Of a stretch of 64,000 nucleotides of DNA, positions 19,174 through 28,700 are shown piece after piece; position 1 is the first letter of the stretch; each line of letters opens with the position of its first letter. The notes under the pieces were generated by a model. The model searched no databases. It worked only from the letters and a program-made list of their open reading frames with translations, and was not told the DNA's origin. The stretch is from an uncultured Bacteroidales bacterium. Its GTDB lineage: Bacteria > Bacteroidota > Bacteroidia > Bacteroidales > UBA7960. The stretch is from the NCBI GenBank assembly GCA_964624065.1, contig CAZUWF010000009.1, forward strand, positions 6,742-70,741. The letters are read 5' to 3'. A program made the translations under genes and the position numbers.

Positions 19174-20706
19174 TCAGAATGGAGGATCTTCGTAAGTCTC
19201 GTCCTCGTTTAGTTTGGATTGAAAGGTAACCAAACCCTCATCGCCATCAAACCTTTTGGATGGCTGTAGTTTATCCGAAAATTTAAGACTGGAACCGTGG
19301 TAGTCAGAAAACTTGGCGTACTGCCCGTGGAAGAATAGGTCCACATCGCCCGTGCTGCCATTACGGTGTTTCGCAATTATCAACTGGGCAAGCCCTTCGG
19401 TGGAATTACCTTGGTCGTCTTGGGTAATCTTGTAGTATTCGGGTCGATAAATGAACAAAACCATATCTGCATCTTGCTCAATTGCACCCGATTCCCTTAA
19501 GTCGGATAGTTGAGGCCTTTTATTTCCACCACGGGTTTCAACTGCCCTGCTAAGTTGTGAAATTGCGAGTACTGGAATGTTCAATTCCTTTGCAAGACTT
19601 TTGAGCGATCTGGATATGTTGCTAATTTCTTGTTCACGGTTGCCACGGTGGTCTGCTCCGCCAGACATTAACTGCAGGTAGTCGACAATCAACATCTGTA
19701 TGTTGTGCTGCGATTTAAGGCGCCTGGCCTTGGCTCTAAGGTCGAAAATACCAAGTGCTGGAGTGTCGTCAATGTAAATTGGGGCATCGGTTAGGGCGCT
19801 AATTCTAGCATTTAACTGCTGGAACTCAACCTGATCAAGCTTACCCTTGCGGAGCTTGTCGGCAGCAAACATCGATTCACTTGATATTAACCTTTTTACA
19901 AGTTGCACCCCGGTCATTTCCAAGGAGAATACTGCAACCGGCATTTTTCCTTCAACGGCAATGTTTCGTGCCATTGTTAACATAAAGGCGGTTTTTCCCA
20001 TACCTGGACGAGCGGCAAGTACAATCAAATCAGACCTTTGCCATCCGGCCGTAATGTTGTCTAGCGCCGAAAAACCACTAGGAACCCCGCTAATGTTCCC
20101 GTCTTGCTTGGTGGCCTTCTCTATCTCTTCCATTGCCTCCTTTACGAGGTCAACCATCTTGTTGTAGTTACGCCTCAGATTGGTTTCGCTCACCGAAAAT
20201 AGGTTTCGCTCGGCAAAATCCAAAATGTCAAAAACATCGGTGGTATCCTCATAGCTATGCCTTATTACCTCAGACGAGATGCTTATGAGTTCTCTTTGCA
20301 GGTATTTTTGCTGCACTATCCTTGCGTGGTATTCAACGTTTGCAGCAGATGCAACCCGATTTGAAAGTTGGGAGATGTAGTAAGCGCCACCGGCCAGCTC
20401 CAAGTCGCCCGATGTTTTTAACTCTTGCACCACAGTTAGAATGTCCACCGGTAACGACTGGCTGAAAAGTTTCTTTATGGCCTTGTAAATCAATTGGTGT
20501 GCCTCCTTGTAGAAGAACTCAGGCTCGAAAAATTCCACTATGGCATTGAGGGCATTTTGTTCCAGCAAAACTGCTCCCAGCACTGATTCCTCAAGGTCAA
20601 CGGCCTGCGGCGGCACCCTCCCGTGCTTAAGGTGATCAATGGCACCAGGCTTCCGTTCCCACTTGTCGGCCAAGGTTTGAGTTTTTCTTGCCTTTTTTGT
20701 TTCCAT
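19174..20706 (-). CDS. dnaB: replicative DNA helicase
   Basis: PPQAVDLEESVLGAVLLE N-domain. Walker A is ARPGMGKTAF. The IDYLQLM motif appears here as VDYLQLM. Confidence 0.95.
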   Translation of the reverse strand: METKKARKTQTLADKWERKPGAIDHLKHGRVPPQAVDLEESVLGAVLLEQNALNAIVEFFEPEFFYKEAHQLIYKAIKKLFSQSLPVDILTVVQELKTSGDLELAGGAYYISQLSNRVASAANVEYHARIVQQKYLQRELISISSEVIRHSYEDTTDVFDILDFAERNLFSVSETNLRRNYNKMVDLVKEAMEEIEKATKQDGNISGVPSGFSALDNITAGWQRSDLIVLAARPGMGKTAFMLTMARNIAVEGKMPVAVFSLEMTGVQLVKRLISSESMFAADKLRKGKLDQVEFQQLNARISALTDAPIYIDDTPALGIFDLRAKARRLKSQHNIQMLIVDYLQLMSGGADHRGNREQEISNISRSLKSLAKELNIPVLAISQLSRAVETRGGNKRPQLSDLRESGAIEQDADMVLFIYRPEYYKITQDDQGNSTEGLAQLIIAKHRNGSTGDVDLFFHGQYAKFSDYHGSSLKFSDKLQPSKRFDGDEGLVTFQSKLNEDETYEDPPF

Positions 20707-20974
20707 AGTTCAAAAGTACAAAATCATACCCTTTCCTTTAAAATATCGTGTATAATTTTTTCAACAAAAATTTTTACCGGCACTTCTTGCATAAATGTAG
20801 AAGCCTGCTGGTAATGTTTTATCCGTTTTGATTAAACAATTACTTCCCTATTGGGTTAGGATTATTGTAACCGGTCATTGGTAATTCGATCGAAATTTTT
20901 ATTTACTTTGCCAATCAATATCGTGTTCAGAAACTATTAAGTGCGTAATTTTCTTACCCTCAATTTATTTTGAA

Positions 20975-21643
20975 ATGAAAAAGCTTTTTGCGATTGTTGG
21001 GGCAATTGGATTTTTTGCTTTATTATTTTACTCTCCTGACCAACAAAATGATGCTGTGCAATCAGGACTTGTACCAAACCGTATGCCGGTGGCCGGCCAA
21101 GGGGCTTTTTTTAATGCCATTCCTGGTCAAAACAATACCTCCACGGCAGGAATGCCAGTGACTAATCCAACAAATGCGAATCTTGGGCCAATGCCCGAGT
21201 TTAACCCACCACACGGTCAGCCTTGGCACAGGTGCGAGATTCCTGTTGGGGCACCTCTTAATTCGGCTCCCCAAAGCACGGGTTCCAATATGAACCAACC
21301 CGTGGCGCAATCTGGCCCAAGTGCATCGCCTGCAAACTCAGGGGTGAAGCCAAAGTTGAATCCTCCCCACGGGGAACCCTGGCATAGGTGCGACATTGAC
21401 GTTGGTGCACCCTTAGATTCGCCTCCTCGAAGCACCAGCACTCAGGCAACTACCAATAATGTTGCCTCAAATCCAGAAATAATAACACCCATAATTCCCC
21501 CAAACCCCCTTGAAGGGCAGGTCAAACAACCTGTTATTGACAATCAAGATCCGGCAAACACCGGTCCAAAGCCCGCCGTTAATCCACCCCATGGCCAGCC
21601 GTGGCACAGGTGCGACATTAAAGTTGGTGACCCGCTTCCATAG
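20975..21643 (+). CDS. secreted or membrane-anchored Pro/Asn/Gln-rich protein with three His/Cys motif repeats
   Basis: N-terminal hydrophobic segment MKKLFAIVGAIGFFALLF. Three near-identical 22-aa modules follow (listed as repeat features below). Confidence 0.7.
   Translation: MKKLFAIVGAIGFFALLFYSPDQQNDAVQSGLVPNRMPVAGQGAFFNAIPGQNNTSTAGMPVTNPTNANLGPMPEFNPPHGQPWHRCEIPVGAPLNSAPQSTGSNMNQPVAQSGPSASPANSGVKPKLNPPHGEPWHRCDIDVGAPLDSPPRSTSTQATTNNVASNPEIITPIIPPNPLEGQVKQPVIDNQDPANTGPKPAVNPPHGQPWHRCDIKVGDPLP
21194..21259 (+). repeat. motif copy 1: PEFNPPHGQPWHRCEIPVGAPL
   Basis: aa 74-95 of the 20975-21643 product. Confidence 0.9.
21350..21415 (+). repeat. motif copy 2: PKLNPPHGEPWHRCDIDVGAPL
   Basis: aa 126-147. 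Confidence 0.9.
21572..21637 (+). repeat. motif copy 3: PAVNPPHGQPWHRCDIKVGDPL
   Basis: aa 200-221, at the very C-terminus. Confidence 0.9.
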
Positions 21644-21814
21644 ATATTGTGAGTTTTTTTAAGAAGCCCCTAGAATGTGATTTTTGAATTCAGAGGTTTG
21701 AATCATAGTGGATTGTTGCTCAATGGTCGTTCAAAGAATTCCCAAGTTTTTTCAAAGTATTTTAAGGTGCCTAGAAGGATTTTAAAAACAATGATAATCA
21801 ATACCTGAATTGAT

Positions 21815-22222
21815 ATGAAAAAAAAGCCTGTAATAATGGCCTTTTTTGTTTTAGCAATTGAGTTTTCATTTGCCCAGGTGACACTCCAAGTGGAGGTTTT
21901 CAACTTTCGAAACAATAAAGGTATTGTTCACATTGAACTCAAAAATCAAGAGCAAGAACAGGTTGCAGCCCAATCCACAGCAATACAAGACAAAAAGTGT
22001 GTTTTTGTTTTTGATGGATTGGAGCCGGGCAAGTACTCCTTCAGGTTTATTCACGATGAAAACCAAAACAACGAAATTGACACCAACTGGCTAGGTATTC
22101 CCAGGGAGGGATTTGGATTCTCCAATAATCCACGTATGACATTTGGCCCGCCCAAGTTTCCCAAAACCCTGTTTGAACTAAAAGAATCAATGGTAATTAG
22201 GGTTAAGCCAAAATACTTCTAA
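21815..22222 (+). CDS. DUF2141-like secreted protein
   Basis: Signal peptide. NNEIDTNWLGIPREGFGFSNNPRMTFGPPKF matches my memory of the DUF2141 core. Confidence 0.7.
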   Translation: MKKKPVIMAFFVLAIEFSFAQVTLQVEVFNFRNNKGIVHIELKNQEQEQVAAQSTAIQDKKCVFVFDGLEPGKYSFRFIHDENQNNEIDTNWLGIPREGFGFSNNPRMTFGPPKFPKTLFELKESMVIRVKPKYF

Positions 22223-22233
22223 CCTTTTTTCAA

Positions 22234-22716
22234 ATGAATATGGAAACAACAGGAACCGTGCCCAAAAACCAAGATGATGAAATGATTGAGTTAAACATTG
22301 ACACCGTCAAAGAATTGTGGTCGCAGACCTACAACCGCGAGGGCAAGCCCGACTGGTCGCATATTTTCAAATACTACCACAAAGACATTGTTTTTCAAGA
22401 CACAATCCAGCGCATAGAAGGCATTGATGATTTTGTGGCAATGTGCAACCGCCTCACGAAGCGTACCAAGCAGTTGCAGATGGAAATTGTGTCAATTACT
22501 CAAAACGAAAACGTTATAATGTTTGATTGGGTAATGACAATGATGTTCAAGAAATACCCCAACACCCCGATGTTCGGCGCAACCAAACTGGTTCTGAGCC
22601 ACGATGGGTTGATCATTCAACAAAGGGATTACTACGACCTTTGGGGCGACATTTTCAACAACATACCGCGCTTCGGTACAATGTACCGCAGGTTTTTGAA
22701 AAGAAAATTCGGTTGA
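22234..22716 (+). CDS. NTF2-like / SnoaL-like fold protein
   Basis: 160 aa. The size and pattern (YHKDIVFQDTIQRIEGIDDF...IMFDWVMTM...VLSHDGLIIQQRDYYDLW) are typical of the NTF2 superfamily. Confidence 0.6.
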   Translation: MNMETTGTVPKNQDDEMIELNIDTVKELWSQTYNREGKPDWSHIFKYYHKDIVFQDTIQRIEGIDDFVAMCNRLTKRTKQLQMEIVSITQNENVIMFDWVMTMMFKKYPNTPMFGATKLVLSHDGLIIQQRDYYDLWGDIFNNIPRFGTMYRRFLKRKFG

Positions 22717-22726
22717 TGAGCTGCCC

Positions 22727-23677
22727 ATGAAGAAGAGAACAAGAAAATATTTTGGTCAATACAAGTGGTCAAACATTTTGTCGATGATAAAAAACAATAT
22801 GCGCGATCCGAAAGCTTGCCAGGAGGATTTTAGGAACAACCTTGTTGTAATAACCGGGGCAACATCTGGAATCGGTTACCACACTGCACGAAAGTACGCA
22901 GCAATGGGTGCAAACCTTTTGTGCGTGAACCGAAACCAGGAAAAATCAGAAAAACTCAAGTGCGAAATCGAAGGAGAATTCAACGTTAAATGCGATTACA
23001 AGATTGCAGACTTGAGCCTTCTGAAGGACACCTACAGGGTAACCGAGGAGCTTTCAAGGATTAATAGCCCGATTGACGTAATAATTCACAATGCTGGCGT
23101 TTACCTTACCAAGAGGGAGCTTACTTCCGAAGGGTTTGAAAAGGTACTTGTAGTTCATTACCTTTCTTCGTTCATTATGAATTACAAGTTGATGTCAAAA
23201 CTAAGGGAGCAGGAGAAGGCCAGAATCATCATGGTAGGCTCCGAGGGGCACCGATTTGCCGCTTGGGGTTTGAGGCTGGATGATTTGAACTGGGAAAAGA
23301 GGAGGTATTCGGGCTTGAAAAGCTACGGTTCGGCCAAATTAGCTCAACTATTGTCAATGTTGGTTTTTGAAGACCATCGCAAGGGAACGGGAGTAAGCAT
23401 AAACACCATGCACCCCGGAGCAGTTAAAACCGACACTGGTCAAGAAAACGGACCAATTTACAAGTGGTTAAAGCGAAATTTTTTGGACAAAGCCCTGAAA
23501 TCGGCTCAGGTATCGGCAGAAGCCTTGTATTACCTGGGGGTTTCACCAGAAATTGAGGGAGTTAGCGGGAAATTCTTCAACCTAACAACCCCCGAGGATC
23601 CTGCGCCACCTGCCGTTGACAGGGAGGCTGCCAATGAACTTTGGACCGAAACACTCAAAATTACCGGCCTTAATTGA
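22727..23677 (+). CDS. short-chain dehydrogenase/reductase (SDR)
   Basis: VVITGATSGIGYHTA (TGxxxGIG), NAG motif (IIHNAGV), and the YGSAK catalytic Y-x3-K. Confidence 0.85.
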   Translation: MKKRTRKYFGQYKWSNILSMIKNNMRDPKACQEDFRNNLVVITGATSGIGYHTARKYAAMGANLLCVNRNQEKSEKLKCEIEGEFNVKCDYKIADLSLLKDTYRVTEELSRINSPIDVIIHNAGVYLTKRELTSEGFEKVLVVHYLSSFIMNYKLMSKLREQEKARIIMVGSEGHRFAAWGLRLDDLNWEKRRYSGLKSYGSAKLAQLLSMLVFEDHRKGTGVSINTMHPGAVKTDTGQENGPIYKWLKRNFLDKALKSAQVSAEALYYLGVSPEIEGVSGKFFNLTTPEDPAPPAVDREAANELWTETLKITGLN

Positions 23678-23705
23678 CATTGAGGTATTTGTTTCAAAAA
23701 ACACC

Positions 23706-25322
23706 ATGGAGATGAATCCAAAAAATTACCATACCGTTGTTGTAGGAGGCGGGATTGCAGGATTGACAGCTACGGCCTATTTGGCCAAGGCGGGAAAAAA
23801 AGTTATATTGATAGAAAAAAACCACGAGGTTGGCGGGTTGGTCAACTCCTTTTGGCGAAACGGTTTCAAATTTGAGGCAGGAGCCAGGGCACTAGAAGAT
23901 GCTGGGATAATTTTTCCATTTCTCAAGGATCTAAACATTGAAATGGAGGTAATGAAAAGCAAGGTTTCGTTGGGCATCGAGAAAAAGGTAATGCACGTTG
24001 AAGACCTAAATAGTTTGGAGGAGTACCGTGAACTTCTGAGGGAGTTTTACCCCGGTAGCCATAAGGATATAGACCACCTTTTTAGGACAATCAAAAAGGT
24101 AATGAAGCACATGGAGATTCTATACGGCATAGAAAACCCTGCCTTCAAGGATGTAAGTAGAGATTTGAAATATGCTTTCACTCAACTATTGCCCTGGCTC
24201 CCTAGATTCATCCTTACTGTTGGAAAAATAAACCGGATGCAACTACCGGTTGAAGAGTACCTTGCGAAAATCATTAATGACAGGCATCTTAGAGATATTA
24301 TCTCACAACACTTCTTCAAAGGCACCCCTTCATTTTTTGCCTTGAGCTATTTTTCGCTTTACCTCGACTATTTTTATCCTAAAGGTGGAGTGGGAACCCT
24401 TTCAGAATCGATCAAAGAAAAAATCATTGAACTTGGCGGAACTATTAAAAACGCAACCCTAGCCAAGGAGGTTATTGCCGATAAAAAAATTGTGATCGAT
24501 GACCAAGGGAATGCCTACACATACGAAAACCTGATTTGGGCAGCCGACCTCAAAACCCTATACAACATTACCGATTTGGGAAACCTGCCGACCAAAGTCA
24601 AAGCCAGGACCCAAAAGTTGAAGGCTAAAATGATGGTCCACAGAGGGAGCGAGTCGGTAATTTCACTTTACTTGCAGATCGACGAACCACTAGAAACCTT
24701 TGGAAAAATTGCCAACGGTCATTTTTTCTACACCCCATCAAGAGAGGGATTGGATCAAACACATCGAGCCGACTTGAACGCTTTGATTGCAAACTTCGAA
24801 GCTACTCCGAAAGAAGAGGTGTTGAAGTGGATGGATAGGTTCACTTCACTCAATACTTACGAGATATCAATTCCGGGTCTCAAGGATAGCAGCTTGGTGC
24901 CTCCCGGAAAAACCGGAATGATAATAAGCCTTCTTGCAGATTATGAGTTGTTTAGAAAGGCCAAGGAGGCAGGCTGGCTTCAAGAGTTTGTTGTCGAATT
25001 TGAAAACCGAATGATTGCCACCTTATCCGAAACAATTTATCCTATACTCGAGGGCAAGATAATTGGTCGGTTCTCGTTCAATCCACTTAGCTTCCAAAAC
25101 CGTATAGGCACCTCAGAAGGTGCAATAGTGGGATGGGCGTTTCATAAGGACTTGCCAGTGAGGAACAAAATACAGCACGGGGCACTCTCGGTTTTAACTC
25201 CCCTCCCATCAGTTTTTCAGGCCGGCCAGTGGGCATACAGCCCGGCCGGTGTACCAATGTCGATCCTTACCGGTAAACTTGCCGCAGACAAGGTTATGAA
25301 GAGCAAGCCCAGGCCTTTTTAA
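23706..25322 (+). CDS. NAD(P)/FAD-dependent oxidoreductase, phytoene-desaturase (CrtI/COG1233)-like
   Basis: YHTVVVGGGIAGLTATAYLAKAGKKVILIEKNHEVGG is a dinucleotide-binding fold. The track start 23616 overlaps the SDR gene; ATG 23706 sits just before the Rossmann motif. Confidence 0.85.
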   Translation: MEMNPKNYHTVVVGGGIAGLTATAYLAKAGKKVILIEKNHEVGGLVNSFWRNGFKFEAGARALEDAGIIFPFLKDLNIEMEVMKSKVSLGIEKKVMHVEDLNSLEEYRELLREFYPGSHKDIDHLFRTIKKVMKHMEILYGIENPAFKDVSRDLKYAFTQLLPWLPRFILTVGKINRMQLPVEEYLAKIINDRHLRDIISQHFFKGTPSFFALSYFSLYLDYFYPKGGVGTLSESIKEKIIELGGTIKNATLAKEVIADKKIVIDDQGNAYTYENLIWAADLKTLYNITDLGNLPTKVKARTQKLKAKMMVHRGSESVISLYLQIDEPLETFGKIANGHFFYTPSREGLDQTHRADLNALIANFEATPKEEVLKWMDRFTSLNTYEISIPGLKDSSLVPPGKTGMIISLLADYELFRKAKEAGWLQEFVVEFENRMIATLSETIYPILEGKIIGRFSFNPLSFQNRIGTSEGAIVGWAFHKDLPVRNKIQHGALSVLTPLPSVFQAGQWAYSPAGVPMSILTGKLAADKVMKSKPRPF

Positions 25323-25333
25323 ACACCACATTA

Positions 25334-26248
25334 ATGGGAAAAATTGAAAAAGCAACAGAAAATAGGTCGGTTTTCGCATCCAAACTATTTCAATTTTTGC
25401 TTGTAATGGTAGGCTTCAAAAGCCGAATGGACAGGAATATTGTAAAAGACAAGTACCGGAAAACTCCAGCAAAAATTCCAAGATCCTTTGAGCGGAAAAA
25501 TACCGTGAAGGTTTCCACTATAGATGGACGAATTGTTTGGAACATTTCCCCCAAATCCCACCACCCCGAAGTAGTAGTAATTTATTTGCACGGCGGAGCT
25601 TATTTTTCCAACCTTACGTTGCTCCATTGGCCACTCATAGCGAAACTACTCGAAAAAACAGGGGCAAAAATCATTGTTCCGGATTACCCTTTGGCACCCA
25701 AATTTACCTGCACCGACACATACACTTTTCTCGACAAACTACACGATAAAGTTTTGGAAGAAAACCCCGCGAAGCGGATTGTTTTCGTGGGCGATTCGGC
25801 AGGTGGGGGTCTGGCAATGGGGTTTGCCCAACAATTAAGGAATGAAGGAAAAACACTGCCCGACCACCTCATACTTTACTCGCCCTGGCTTGACGCATCA
25901 ATGACCGACCCAAATTTAAAGAAATTGGAAAAGACCGAAAAGGTTTTGAGCTTGAAAGGGTTAAAAAAGGCCGGAGAAAAATATGCGGGTTCCCATGATA
26001 TAAAAAACTTCAGGGTAAGTCCCTTGTATGGCAACCTGAAAGGTTTAGGAAAAATCTCAATATTCACTGCAACTCACGAAATGCTTAATGCTGACGCTAA
26101 AAGGTTTAAAGAAAAGGCAATTGAAGCGGGTATTTATCTAAACTACTTCGAATACAGGGGGTTATTTCACTGTTGGGTGCTAGTGCCCTTTCTCGGTGCA
26201 ACCCAAGATGTTGTGCAAAAAACAGCTAGATTGATAAAAACCTGTTGA
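25334..26248 (+). CDS. alpha/beta hydrolase, HSL-type (family IV) esterase/lipase
   Basis: HGGAY oxyanion motif and the GDSAGG nucleophile elbow. Confidence 0.8.
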   Translation: MGKIEKATENRSVFASKLFQFLLVMVGFKSRMDRNIVKDKYRKTPAKIPRSFERKNTVKVSTIDGRIVWNISPKSHHPEVVVIYLHGGAYFSNLTLLHWPLIAKLLEKTGAKIIVPDYPLAPKFTCTDTYTFLDKLHDKVLEENPAKRIVFVGDSAGGGLAMGFAQQLRNEGKTLPDHLILYSPWLDASMTDPNLKKLEKTEKVLSLKGLKKAGEKYAGSHDIKNFRVSPLYGNLKGLGKISIFTATHEMLNADAKRFKEKAIEAGIYLNYFEYRGLFHCWVLVPFLGATQDVVQKTARLIKTC

Positions 26249-26346
26249 TTTTGAATTAACTGGCGTCTCTTTTCAAACTCCCAATTTCTATTCTTATTCT
26301 TCTTTACTTGTTTCCATCAAACTCAATTGTTTCGCATAGGTTTTAA

Positions 26347-26354
26347 TACCTTTG
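26347..26354 (+). promoter_or_regulatory. candidate -7 promoter box for the methyltransferase gene
   Basis: TACCTTTG lies 50 nt upstream of ATG 26405. Confidence 0.5.
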
Positions 26355-26404
26355 CTTGCAAGAATCAGACCGATACAGCCACCCATAAAATTGTTTTCCC
26401 GCCC

Positions 26405-27592
26405 ATGAACTCCCCAGATAGCTTTATTTCCGAAATCTCCAAAAGCCTAAAGAAAAATTCCTTTGTAAAACTGAACCTGGCAAACTACCACGGAAACCAA
26501 GAAGACCTCATTGCCGCTCACGCCAAAATTGCAATTGTAAAGAATACACCTAAGTTGAGTTTTACGTTCAGGCACAAGTCCAAAGATATAGTAAAAAACT
26601 ATTTTTTTGAAGAAGCTATGGTAATAGTCCAAAGTTTGCTAAATAAAAGCGGATTTCGGACCGCCACACTTTTCACGCTGAATAGTGACATCGGCATTGA
26701 AATTAAAAAGGGCAATAACTGCAGGATTTTTAGCAAGAAACCCACATTCGCTTCGCTGCCACCAACAGACCATGATAAGTCTAAGAAAAGAATTATTGAA
26801 ACCACTGACAAGCTTTACCTCCACGAGCTGAAAATAACCAACAAGGAAGGAGGTGTTTACCCCGGTGCTCAAGATAAGTACAGGCAGATAAACCACTACG
26901 TCGAAATTTTGAGCTCACTGCTTAAAGAGTTACCCCAAGGAAAAACCATAAATGTAGCAGATATGGGTGCCGGAAAGGGTTACCTCACTTTTGCACTATA
27001 CGACTACCTAATCAATAACCTGAAAATTCATGCAATTATAACGGGAGTTGAGCATAAGAAGGAACTGGTTGACCTTTGCAACGATATTGCCAAAAAATCA
27101 AACTACGACAAACTTAGTTTCGTGCAGGGTAGTATTGATAGCTACGCAAGCTCCGACATTGACGTATTAATAGCGCTCCATGCCTGCGATACCGCCACCG
27201 ACGACGCCATAGCAAAAGGAATTAGTTGCAACGCCCGGCTAATAGTGGTGGCCCCTTGCTGCCACAAACAAATCCGCAAGGAAATTTCAAGGAATAAGCC
27301 AGACAACCAACTTGATTTCTTGCAGAGGTTCGGCATTTTTCTCGAACGCCAATCAGAAATGATTACCGACGGGATAAGGGCACTAATTCTTGAATACTTT
27401 GGATATAATGTAAAAGTTTTGGAATTCGTTTCCGATGCCCACACTCCCAAAAACATATTGATCATTGGGTCGAAAAAGGGAAAAGTTTTGGATACCCAAA
27501 AATCAGAAATACTTGAAAAGCTGAGATTAACCAAAGATTACTTCGGCATTGGCTACCACCATTTGGAAAAAGTATTGAAAGCAAGCCAATAG
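26405..27592 (+). CDS. class I SAM-dependent methyltransferase with an N-terminal domain of unknown function
   Basis: INVADMGAGKGYLTF (motif I) and LIALHACDTATDDAI. I chose ATG 26405 because the -7 box lies inside the longer track ORF that starts at 26327. Confidence 0.75.
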   Translation: MNSPDSFISEISKSLKKNSFVKLNLANYHGNQEDLIAAHAKIAIVKNTPKLSFTFRHKSKDIVKNYFFEEAMVIVQSLLNKSGFRTATLFTLNSDIGIEIKKGNNCRIFSKKPTFASLPPTDHDKSKKRIIETTDKLYLHELKITNKEGGVYPGAQDKYRQINHYVEILSSLLKELPQGKTINVADMGAGKGYLTFALYDYLINNLKIHAIITGVEHKKELVDLCNDIAKKSNYDKLSFVQGSIDSYASSDIDVLIALHACDTATDDAIAKGISCNARLIVVAPCCHKQIRKEISRNKPDNQLDFLQRFGIFLERQSEMITDGIRALILEYFGYNVKVLEFVSDAHTPKNILIIGSKKGKVLDTQKSEILEKLRLTKDYFGIGYHHLEKVLKASQ

Positions 27593-27961
27593 TCCCGAAA
27601 CTTGTTGGACCAATGGCATTGAACGAGTAAACCAAAAACATTAAAACCTATGTTGTGCTGCTTAATGGTGTGAAGAAGGATTTAAAACCTGTGAAAATCA
27701 GCCTGATTTGCTACGCCAGTGTTCCAAAACCAATCACGAGCATTTTCAACCAATTCAGCAAATTTTGGATGGAGAAGGAAAAATCGTCCAATTTTTCATT
27801 TTCGGTTTTGATCTGAACCTTCTTTTAGCCATAAATGCTTTGATTTGGATAAACCCGGGGATTTATTTGCCTGCAAACCAATTATAAAAATGAGAAAAGC
27901 AGCCAAATTGCAAGCCATATAAAAAAACTCCTGCATAGGTTTTTTGAAAAAAAAATTTCAC

Positions 27962-27969
27962 TACCTTTG
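27962..27969 (+). promoter_or_regulatory. candidate -7 promoter box for rpsF-rpsR-rplI
   Basis: TACCTTTG lies 59 nt upstream of ATG 28029. Confidence 0.55.
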
Positions 27970-28028
27970 CAGTCCGTTTTAAAAAACTAGAATTAACAAG
28001 TAAATCAATTAATTAAAAGCTGTAAAAA

Positions 28029-28385
28029 ATGCTAAGACAGTACGAAACCGTTTTCATTATGACTCCCGTTTTGTCTGATGAACAGATGAAGGAAGCGGTA
28101 AAAAAGTTTCAGGATTTCCTGAACAAGAAGGGTGCTGAGATAGTTCACGAGGTCCAGTGGGGCCTTCGTAAGCTTGCCTACCCCATCCAAAAAAAATCAA
28201 CAGGTTTTTATCACCTGATTGAGTTCAAGGCCGACACGTCGGTTATTGCCGAACTCGAACTAGAGTTCAAGCGGGACGAGAGAATCATTCGCTTTTTGAC
28301 AGTGGCATTGGACAAACACGCCATTGCCTACAACCTAAGGAAAAGAGTTGAAAAGGATGCACCTAAAGTCACCGAAACCAAGTAA
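28029..28385 (+). CDS. rpsF: 30S ribosomal protein S6
   Basis: [19 protein letters not shown]...[13 protein letters not shown]. Confidence 0.95.
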   Translation: MLRQYETVFIMTPVLSDEQMKEAVKKFQDFLNKKGAEIVHEVQWGLRKLAYPIQKKSTGFYHLIEFKADTSVIAELELEFKRDERIIRFLTVALDKHAIAYNLRKRVEKDAPKVTETK

Positions 28386-28415
28386 ATGTCGGCAAATCAC
28401 TAAATTTTAGCGAAA

Positions 28416-28688
28416 ATGAACAATCCATCAAATTCAGAAGTAAGATATTTGGCTCCAATAGCCGTTGACGTTAAGAAGAAAAAATATTGCCGCTTCAAGA
28501 AACTAGGCATAAAGTACATCGATTACAAAGATCCCAACTTCTTGCTGAAGTTCGTAAACGAGCAAGGAAAAATCCTTCCACGTCGCCTCACAGGTACATC
28601 GATTAAATACCAACGCAAAGTTACCCAGGCAATCAAGCGCGCACGTCACCTTTCGCTCATGCCATACGTAGCTGATCTTTTAAAATAA
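28416..28688 (+). CDS. rpsR: 30S ribosomal protein S18
   Basis: [63 protein letters not shown]. Confidence 0.95.
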   Translation: MNNPSNSEVRYLAPIAVDVKKKKYCRFKKLGIKYIDYKDPNFLLKFVNEQGKILPRRLTGTSIKYQRKVTQAIKRARHLSLMPYVADLLK

Positions 28689-28700
28689 GGAGGAAATACA

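Noticed and set aside
27593-27961. About 370-nt spacer upstream of the rpsF promoter, checked for an S6:S18-binding leader or small ORFs
   Set aside because: The region between the -7 box and the rpsF ATG is AT-rich and unstructured. The upstream part has only very short ORFs and no stems that I could see.
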